From positions 1 to 32,309 of the forward strand of contig JALOQQ010000002.1 of assembly GCA_025453315.1 (NCBI GenBank): a DNA stretch of 32,309 bases. The letters run 5' to 3'. The DNA comes from Planctomycetota bacterium (GTDB lineage Bacteria > Patescibacteriota > Patescibacteriia > Patescibacteriales > UBA12465). Both the position numbers and the translations under genes were made by a program. Below, one piece after another: positions 26,856 through 32,309 of the stretch (positions are counted from its first letter, which is position 1; each line of letters opens with the position of its first letter). Under the pieces are notes generated by a model. It was not told where the DNA came from. It worked only from the letters and a program-made list of their open reading frames with translations, and did not search any database.

Positions 26856-26974
26856 AGTGCATAAATTAGGCATTTAAGTCCAAAATACCTTAGACTAAAG
26901 ATGTTAATTTAAAAAATAAAAAGGCATCTTTTTGTCTAATATTAGCTATAAATAAGCTATTTTGTACACAAATA

Positions 26975-27003
26975 TTGACCCCACTATTAGAAAATGCTAT
27001 AAT
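26975..27003 (+). promoter_or_regulatory. near-consensus sigma70-type promoter with no downstream ORF
   Basis: TTGACC (26975-26980), exactly 17 nt spacer, TATAAT (26998-27003). Confidence 0.6.
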
Positions 27004-27009
27004 TATCTT

Positions 27010-27516
27010 ATAAGTTGATTGATTATTATATTTTGATGCAACGGAAAATTGAATAAAAAATTTATACATCGTTCTTTAGGCTTAAAAACAAAATAAATTG
27101 AAAATTGAATCGATCTTTATGTTCCTTTTTAACTAGAAGAAGTTTAGCTAAGTTTCTTAGATGAATTTCTTTGCTTTTTACTGATTCAGATTATTGAGAA
27201 TATTGACTCAAATAAATGCAAAATGAAAATTTTGCAACGATAAAGAAATGCAATAACAAAAAAAGAAGGATTATTATATTTCTTTATTATCGGTGAATTT
27301 CAGGTAAAACGGTCGGAATAGAATGAACTATTCACCACGAATTGGTAAAAAGTGGCTTCTACTCAATAAGAAGCTCCTCCCTAAGACATTAAATATTTCT
27401 TATCTATTTTAATTAATGGAAAAAGAATATCGTCTAAGGGTATAGGGGATCCAACTTGGCCTAGTAATTATTTTATATTATATATAAAAGGGGCCTCGTT
27501 GGCCCCTTTTATTTTT
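27010..27516 (+). ncRNA. candidate ~0.5-kb non-coding transcript of unknown class
   Basis: Bounded by the promoter at 26975-27003 and the terminator at 27486-27516. No ORF of 60 aa or more on either strand. Longest ATG ORFs are 26 and 29 codons. Local helices include a GAAA-tetraloop hairpin at 27217-27236. Boundaries are inferred, not measured. Confidence 0.4.
27486..27516 (+). terminator. strong intrinsic terminator
   Basis: AAAAGGGGCC / GGCCCCTTTT 10-bp stem (6 G:C pairs), 5-nt loop, followed by ATTTTT. Confidence 0.8.
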
Positions 27517-27572
27517 GGGAAAAAACTGGTTTAATAGAGAAATAGTATTTTATATTATTGAATTATAAATTT

Positions 27573-28634
27573 ATGGCACTATCTATTGGTATAGTTGGTT
27601 TGCCCAATGTTGGAAAATCTACCTTATTTAATGTTTTAACCAAAAAGCAAGTTGAAGCTTCTAATTATCCATTTTGTACTATTGACCCTAATGTTGGGGT
27701 TGTGAAAGTACCAGATATTCGTTTAGATAAGATCGCTGCTATTTCTAAGCCAGAAAAAATTATTTCCGCGGCTATCGAGTTTGTTGATATTGCTGGTTTA
27801 GTAAAAGGAGCTCATGAGGGCGAGGGTCTAGGCAATCAATTCTTATCACATATTCGCGAGTGTGATGCTATTTGTGAAGTAATTAGAGCTTTTAAAAATG
27901 ATGACATTATTCATGTGGCCGGTAAAGTTGACCCCAGAGAAGATAAAGAAACTATTAACATGGAACTTATTTTTGCTGATCTTTCTACAGTTGATAAGAG
28001 ATTAGAAAAGGTTGTTAAAGAAACAAAAAGTGGAGACAAAGAAGCTATAAAATTAAAAGACTTATTGGAAAAGACCAAAAAACATTTAGAGTCTGGCCTA
28101 GCCGCACGTACCTTATCTTTAGATGAAGATGAAAATAAGGCTTTAAAGAATCTTGGATTATTAACAATTAAGCCTATGATTTATCTTTTGAATAATGATG
28201 GTGGCGAAAATGTTGATTTGGGCCAAACTCAAGAAGAAATTATTAATATTAATGTTAAAATAGAAGAAGAAATTGCTAGTTTGCCAGAAGAAGAGCAAGC
28301 GGAATATAAGAAAGAACTAGGAATAGAACAAAGTGGTTTAGATAAATTAATTACTTCGGCTTATAGGTTGTTGGGATTAGAAACTTTTTTTACCACCGGG
28401 ACTGATGAAACCAGAGCTTGGACTATTATTAAGGGTAGTAAAGCCCCTCAGGCCGCTGGTGTTATTCATACTGATTTTGAGAAAGGTTTTATTAGAGCAG
28501 AGGTTATTTATTGGGAAGATTTCTTGGCAGTTGGCAGTGAATTAGCTGGTAGGGAAAAGGGATTATTACGAACAGAAGGGAAGGATTATGTTATGAAAGA
28601 TGGTGATATTTGTCATTTTTTAATAAATAAATAA
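27573..28634 (+). CDS. ychF: ribosome-binding ATPase YchF
   Basis: G1 [15 protein letters not shown], coiled-coil insert, C-terminal [34 protein letters not shown] at 27573 is preferred over the TTG at 27558. Confidence 0.92.
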   Translation: MALSIGIVGLPNVGKSTLFNVLTKKQVEASNYPFCTIDPNVGVVKVPDIRLDKIAAISKPEKIISAAIEFVDIAGLVKGAHEGEGLGNQFLSHIRECDAICEVIRAFKNDDIIHVAGKVDPREDKETINMELIFADLSTVDKRLEKVVKETKSGDKEAIKLKDLLEKTKKHLESGLAARTLSLDEDENKALKNLGLLTIKPMIYLLNNDGGENVDLGQTQEEIININVKIEEEIASLPEEEQAEYKKELGIEQSGLDKLITSAYRLLGLETFFTTGTDETRAWTIIKGSKAPQAAGVIHTDFEKGFIRAEVIYWEDFLAVGSELAGREKGLLRTEGKDYVMKDGDICHFLINK

Positions 28635-28691
28635 TCATTAAAAACATTCCCTTTTTTCATTGTTATACTATATTATAATATTTGTTTTTAT

Positions 28692-28719
28692 AAAAAAACC
28701 GTTCTGAAGGCGGTTTTTT
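28692..28719. terminator. bidirectional terminator-like hairpin (ychF / methyltransferase)
   Basis: A7-CCGTT / GGCGG-T6 stem with wobble pairs, lying between convergent genes. Confidence 0.5.
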
Positions 28720-28755
28720 GTTATTTAAAATTATTTTATTATTTAAATTTATTTA

Positions 28756-29991
28756 TTATATTTTTTCTAATAATATTATTTCTCGCCACACCCTTTGTCC
28801 TTCGCGACCGTAGATTATGGTTTTTCTAAAACTGAGTGGCAGATGTTTTAAAAAATTAAATTTTTCATTTATTGTATCAATAATTTTTAAACCAGAAGTG
28901 CTAGGATTTAAAAACTTCATTTGTTTTTTACCTTCTCTTTCAAAAATAAACACTGGCCAAATTATTACTACTCGACCACCTTTTTTTATTAGTTGATAAA
29001 TTTGAGAAATGGCTTTGCTATATAGATTTTCTAATTCTTGTATTATTTTTTCGGTTCCATATTCTCCTCTTTGTGGGCCAAGATAGGGCTCGGTTACTAC
29101 TAAATCTATAGAGTTTTTTTCTATTTTTGTTGCTAAAACACAAGCATCTTCTAATAGGTATCTAATCGTAATATTGGTAAGTTTATATTTTTCTTCAATC
29201 CAAGAAATATTTTCTTTAGAGTCTTTTAAAGCTTTTTCTGAAATATCAGAGCCAATTAAATTTTTATAGCCCAGAGTTAGAGCTTCGCTTAAAACCGTAC
29301 CAGAACCACAAAAGGGATCTAAGAGTATTTTAAAAATTTTTCCTTTATTTTTGCCAGCGATATTTAGCATGATACGAGCAAGTTTTGGTGGTAGCATGCC
29401 AGATAAATCATCGCGTGAAGGACGACCATAATCTCGTGCTGAAAAGTCTTTAAAGTCTTGAGTGGCTAATGTTTTTCCTAATAAAATTTTATTTCCATCT
29501 TTAATAAAAGAAACTTCTAAACCACAAGATTCTTCCAAATCTAATAATTTATTTTGTACTACTATTACACTAGAAAGTATTTTTTCTTTACTAATCACCC
29601 AACGGCATTTAACATTTTTCTTTTTTAATTCGGTTTTGACAGTCATGCCTAATATTTTTGCGCTAGTTTTTATTTTGCCATGAAAAGAAAAACCGAAATT
29701 AAACTTTTTGTCTGGGTGTTTATCTGCTATTTTTATAGCTAATTCTTTAGTTTTAAATATTAGATCAGGAAGAGAACCATTACTTTCATCTAAAATAATA
29801 CCTATTTTTATAGTTCCCCCCAAAATATTCATTAAAGACTTAATATCTTGTTCTTCTTCTGTTTGCCAGGTTAGAATATCTGAGCCGATTAAATCTAAAC
29901 GACCCTCCACAATATTGGAGATTTCGGCTATAGAAAGTGCTGGATTGGAGCCTAAAAGAAAAAAATATTTCATATTTATATTATTAGGCAT
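28756..29991 (-). CDS. putative RNA methyltransferase, UPF0020/Trm11-like
   Basis: 411 aa. Motif I LDPFCGSGTVLSEA. Motif IV-like VVTEPYLGP. N-terminal ~190-aa non-catalytic domain. An alternative ATG at 29973 (MKYFFLLG) is possible. Confidence 0.7.
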   Translation of the reverse strand: MPNNINMKYFFLLGSNPALSIAEISNIVEGRLDLIGSDILTWQTEEEQDIKSLMNILGGTIKIGIILDESNGSLPDLIFKTKELAIKIADKHPDKKFNFGFSFHGKIKTSAKILGMTVKTELKKKNVKCRWVISKEKILSSVIVVQNKLLDLEESCGLEVSFIKDGNKILLGKTLATQDFKDFSARDYGRPSRDDLSGMLPPKLARIMLNIAGKNKGKIFKILLDPFCGSGTVLSEALTLGYKNLIGSDISEKALKDSKENISWIEEKYKLTNITIRYLLEDACVLATKIEKNSIDLVVTEPYLGPQRGEYGTEKIIQELENLYSKAISQIYQLIKKGGRVVIIWPVFIFEREGKKQMKFLNPSTSGLKIIDTINEKFNFLKHLPLSFRKTIIYGREGQRVWREIILLEKI

Positions 29992-30034
29992 TATTCAATC
30001 TTTGGCAAACTTTTTTTCGTTTTTATTTTTACTC

Positions 30035-30063
30035 TTGATTTTTTCTTTGAATTGTATTAATAT
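30035..30063 (+). promoter_or_regulatory. putative promoter upstream of the rpsF leader
   Basis: TTGATT, 17 nt spacer, TAATAT. Confidence 0.4.
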
Positions 30064-30138
30064 ATAGAAACAATTTAACAATATCTTTCCCACATCTCTC
30101 TTTAGAGATAGCTTCGCAATTAGACGAAGTTAAAGGTA

Positions 30139-30177
30139 TTTCCGTAATTAACCCCGGAAAGCCGAGGTTTTTATTTT
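30139..30177 (+). promoter_or_regulatory. terminator/anti-terminator-like alternative hairpins in the rpsF upstream region
   Basis: Hairpin A TTTCCG/CGGAAA (30139-30144/30155-30160). It overlaps hairpin B AACCCCGG/CCGAGGTT (30150-30157/30162-30169), which is followed by TTTTTATTTT. Confidence 0.4.
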
Positions 30178-30263
30178 ATAAAGACCAGGAAAGCTGTTAT
30201 TAATTGATTATTAATTTAATTCAAGTTGAAATTAAATTAAGGTTTAATTTTTTATAATTCACT

Positions 30264-30761
30264 ATGTCAAAAACCAAACAATCGGGCCTAGCCCATTATG
30301 AAATCCTTTTCATCGTACCAAACAGGTTTACTGAAGAAGAGGCTAAAGAAGTAATCGCTAAAGTTGAAAAGAACATTAAAGACAATGGCGGTGAAATTAC
30401 TTACCAAGAATATTGGGGTAAAAAGAAGTTAGCTTATATTATTGATCACAATAATTATGGCTATTACCAGCTTTTAGAATTTGATTACGAAAGCACTTTA
30501 TTGGAAAAATTAGATTCCAACTTACGTCTCTCGACTGAAATATTGAGACATCAAATTGTTAGAATGAAAAAACGCAGTTCTGAAGAAATTGCTAAGGCCA
30601 AAGAAAAAACTGATAAATTAAATGCTAAAGAAGAAGTGGTAGAGAAAGAAGAAAAGAAAGAAAAGCCAGATAAAGCCAAAGCTAAGGAAAAGGCTAAAAT
30701 TGATTTAAAAGATTTAGATGAGAAGTTGGAAGGTATTTTAAATGCTAAAGATTTATTATAA
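30264..30761 (+). CDS. rpsF: 30S ribosomal protein S6 with Lys/Glu-rich C-terminal extension
   Basis: N-terminal ~95 aa is S6-like (YEILFIV..., GYYQLLEF). Canonical rpsF-ssb-rpsR order. About 70-aa KE-rich tail. Confidence 0.9.
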   Translation: MSKTKQSGLAHYEILFIVPNRFTEEEAKEVIAKVEKNIKDNGGEITYQEYWGKKKLAYIIDHNNYGYYQLLEFDYESTLLEKLDSNLRLSTEILRHQIVRMKKRSSEEIAKAKEKTDKLNAKEEVVEKEEKKEKPDKAKAKEKAKIDLKDLDEKLEGILNAKDLL

Positions 30762-30809
30762 ACAAAAGCGTCTTGTCGCGACTCAGATCGCCAAACGCTC
30801 AACAAATCT

Positions 30810-31238
30810 ATGAATTTAAACAAAGCCATGATCATCGGCAACTTAACTAGGGATCCGGAAGTAAGAACTACTCCTTCTGGACAATCGGTTGCTTCTTTCT
30901 CGGTAGCTACTAATTACACTTGGGTTGACCAATCTGGTCAAAAACAAGAAAAAGCTGAATTTCATAATGTTGTTGCTTGGAGAAAATTAGCAGAAATTTG
31001 TGGTCAATATTTAAAGAAGGGTTCTAAAGTTTATGTTGAAGGCCGTTTGCAAACCACTGATTGGGCTGGACAAGATGGAGTAAAAAAATATCGCACCGAA
31101 ATTGTCATGGAAAACATGATTATGTTGGACAAAATGGGCGGTGGCAATGCTACTAATAATACTAATAATATTGATACTATTTCACTTCCCGAAACTGACG
31201 GTGAAGAGGAAATCAGGGTGGAGAATATCCCCTTTTAA
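30810..31238 (+). CDS. ssb: single-stranded DNA-binding protein
   Basis: 142 aa. OB-fold N-terminus MNLNKAMIIGNLTRDPEVR, FHNVVAWRKLAE, acidic C-terminal tip EEEIRVENIPF. Confidence 0.92.
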   Translation: MNLNKAMIIGNLTRDPEVRTTPSGQSVASFSVATNYTWVDQSGQKQEKAEFHNVVAWRKLAEICGQYLKKGSKVYVEGRLQTTDWAGQDGVKKYRTEIVMENMIMLDKMGGGNATNNTNNIDTISLPETDGEEEIRVENIPF

Positions 31239-31250
31239 TAAAACATTTAT

Positions 31251-31460
31251 ATGAAAAAAAGTAATAAAGAATGTTATTTTTGTGTCAACGACATTGAAGT
31301 TGATTATAAGGATACTAGAACATTAAAGAAGTTTGTTAATTTCTACATGAAAATTTTACCTGGTCAAAGAACCGGAACTTGCTCTTGGCATCAACGCAAA
31401 TTAGCTACCGCTATTAAGAGAGCTAGAATAATGGCTTTGTTGTCACACACTCATAAATAA
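31251..31460 (+). CDS. rpsR: 30S ribosomal protein S18
   Basis: 69 aa. CYFC..., DYKDTRTLKKFV, QRKLATAIKRARIMALL. Confidence 0.92.
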   Translation: MKKSNKECYFCVNDIEVDYKDTRTLKKFVNFYMKILPGQRTGTCSWHQRKLATAIKRARIMALLSHTHK

Positions 31461-31476
31461 AGTTAAGTTAATTTTT

Positions 31477-32034
31477 ATGTTAAGTTTTAACGAAATAAAA
31501 ACTGGACGCGTTATTCAATGGAATAACGAACCATATGTTGTTGTAAAAACCGACCATCATAAGATGGGACGCGGTGGAGCAGTTTTAAAGGTAAAGTTAA
31601 AAAATTTGATTAATGGCAATATCTTAGAAAAGACTTATCAAGGTAATGATAAGGCTGATGAGGCCGAGACTGAAACTAAAAAAGCTAATTTTCTTTATAA
31701 AGACGCTGACAATGCTTACTTTATGGACAATAGTAGCTATGAGCAATTTTCTTTATCTTTGGAAGGTTTGGGTGGAAAGGAAATATATTTAAAAGATGGC
31801 ACTGATGTTGATACTTTATATTTTAATAACAATCCTGTCGCTATTGATTTGCCAATCAAAATGAAATTTAAAGTTATTACTGCACCTCCTGGTATTAAAG
31901 GTAACTCAGCTGGCAATGTTAATAAACAGGTTGAATTAGAATCAGGCGCCTCTATTAATGTTCCTTTATTTATTAATGAAGGCGATGAAATTATTGTTAA
32001 TACCGATACTGGTGAATACGTAGAAAGAGCTTAG
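31477..32034 (+). CDS. efp: elongation factor P (Arg32-type loop)
   Basis: 185 aa. Three-domain EF-P length. Loop HHKMGRGGAVLKVKLKNL aligns with the KPGKGQA/KSGRNAA loop of characterised EF-Ps. Confidence 0.92.
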   Translation: MLSFNEIKTGRVIQWNNEPYVVVKTDHHKMGRGGAVLKVKLKNLINGNILEKTYQGNDKADEAETETKKANFLYKDADNAYFMDNSSYEQFSLSLEGLGGKEIYLKDGTDVDTLYFNNNPVAIDLPIKMKFKVITAPPGIKGNSAGNVNKQVELESGASINVPLFINEGDEIIVNTDTGEYVERA

Positions 32035-32057
32035 ATTATTTCAAATAATTACGAGCG

Positions 32058-32088
32058 AAAACCGGGTTAAAAGCCTGGTTTTTGTTTG
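32058..32088 (+). terminator. intrinsic terminator after efp
   Basis: AAAACCGGG / CCTGGTTTT stem (one G:U), 7-nt loop, T-rich tail. Confidence 0.6.
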
Positions 32089-32198
32089 GTTTAAGGAGTG
32101 TTATTCTGTCGAATAAAGTAGTATAATTAGATATTATAAGGAGTGATAATTGTTTTATAATAAAAATAATGAATTTTTAATAAAACAATTTCTTGTTT

Positions 32199-32309
32199 AT
32201 GACAATATTGGTTTTTATTTATTTTCTATTGTTTGCTTTTTTGTGTTTCAGGCGCTTGGATTGGGCGCTTAGTATTTTATTGTTTGCCCTCCCGTCTTAT
32301 CTAATTCGT
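32199..32309 (+). CDS. 5' fragment of a polytopic membrane protein (runs off the window)
   Basis: ATG at 32199 opens MTILVFIYFLLFAFLCFRRLDWALSILLFALPSYLIR..., open to the window end. Hydrophobic N-terminus reminiscent of O-antigen-ligase-like proteins, but only 37 codons are visible. Confidence 0.3.
   Translation, partial: MTILVFIYFLLFAFLCFRRLDWALSILLFALPSYLIR

Noticed and set aside
26673-26864. ORF 26673-26864(+)
   Set aside because: It reads through tRNA-Cys and its terminator hairpin, so it is not a gene.
27216-27412. Small ORFs inside the non-coding region: 26 codons MQNENFATIKKCNNKKRRIIIFLYYR at 27216-27296, and 29 codons MNYSPRIGKKWLLLNKKLLPKTLNISYLF at 27323-27412
   Set aside because: They have no supporting signal. 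There is no RBS (uninformative in this genome), no hydrophobic toxin-like helix and no recognisable family. They overlap predicted RNA helices. They are kept only as the alternative hypothesis to the ncRNA call.
27010-27516. Could the orphan transcript be tmRNA, RNase P RNA, SRP (4.5S) RNA or a riboswitch for ychF?
   Set aside because: There is no tRNA-like T arm (GGTTCGA-type) or acceptor/CCA end for tmRNA. There is no GAGGAAAGUCC-like P4 strand, and no GTCC at all in the segment, for RNase P. There is no GGAA-capped helix with an AGCA internal loop for SRP. No conserved riboswitch core (TPP, FMN, SAM, fluoride) is recognisable. A few short resemblances such as CAGGUAA and GGUAAA look like chance matches. 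Only a covariance-model search can settle this.
29462-30067. ORFs 29462-29683(+) and 29708-30067(+)
   Set aside because: They are largely antisense to the UPF0020-type methyltransferase and are low-complexity.
30253-30266. Leaderless rpsF mRNA, from a TATAAT hexamer 5 nt upstream of the ATG
   Set aside because: It is not rejected outright, but it is unsupported. There is no good -35 at proper spacing, and TATAAT-like hexamers are frequent in this AT-rich DNA. It is kept only as an alternative within the rpsF-leader finding.
30551-30841. ORF 30551-30841(-)
   Set aside because: It is the reverse frame of the KE-rich S6 tail, which yields an artefactual Ser/Phe/Leu-rich ORF.
1-32309. CRISPR arrays, long tandem or interspersed repeats, defence systems (RM, TA, Abi, CBASS-like), alternative genetic code (UGA recoding)
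   Set aside because: No regularly spaced direct repeats were seen, and there are no nuclease/ATPase/methylase pairs. Both methyltransferases look RNA- or small-molecule-type with no partner endonuclease. ORFs are intact under the standard code, and TGA is used as a genuine stop (the glyA ATGA overlap), so code 25 or code 4 is not indicated.

Overview
AT-rich, tightly packed bacterial chromosome segment centred on the replication-initiation neighbourhood (dnaN<-dnaA | rpmH->rnpA->yidD->yidC). The small genes, the near-absence of Shine-Dalgarno motifs and the housekeeping-dominated content suggest a reduced-genome, Patescibacteria/CPR-like organism; this is inference, as there is no rRNA in the window. 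Standard genetic code: TGA terminates glyA and the ORFs are intact. Supported content is about 34 protein genes. They cover one-carbon metabolism (glyA-folD), recQ plus a Trm9-like methyltransferase, and a thiol-redox set (trxA, trxB, a secreted Trx-fold lipoprotein). There is an envelope or glycoconjugate cluster (GT28-like GT, DMT permease, membrane-anchored clan GH-A-like hydrolase, second GT-B, ABC exporter, MFS, lgt). The rest are ppsA, a 3D-domain protein, tsaD, ychF, a UPF0020-type methyltransferase and rpsF-ssb-rpsR-efp. I folded six tRNA genes by eye: Arg-CCT, Ala-GGC, Gly-TCC, Leu-TAG, Glu-TTC and Cys-GCA. There are several clean intrinsic terminators and sigma70-like promoters. I saw no CRISPR array, transposase, integrase or recognisable defence genes. 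The best candidate for something undescribed is the longest non-coding stretch (26808-27572). It holds a near-consensus promoter and a strong terminator bracketing about 0.5 kb with no credible ORF, next to tRNA-Cys, and is preceded by the only perfect DnaA box in the window. Secondary observations: helically phased DnaA-box-like repeats in the dnaA-dnaN spacer; a mutually exclusive hairpin switch upstream of rpsF; a TrxR lacking the NADPH HRRxxxR motif; an Arg32-type EF-P; a tRNA-Leu-lgt co-transcript; and a RecQ with a large insertion before its zinc cluster. All functional calls come from motif recognition by eye. No database search was run.
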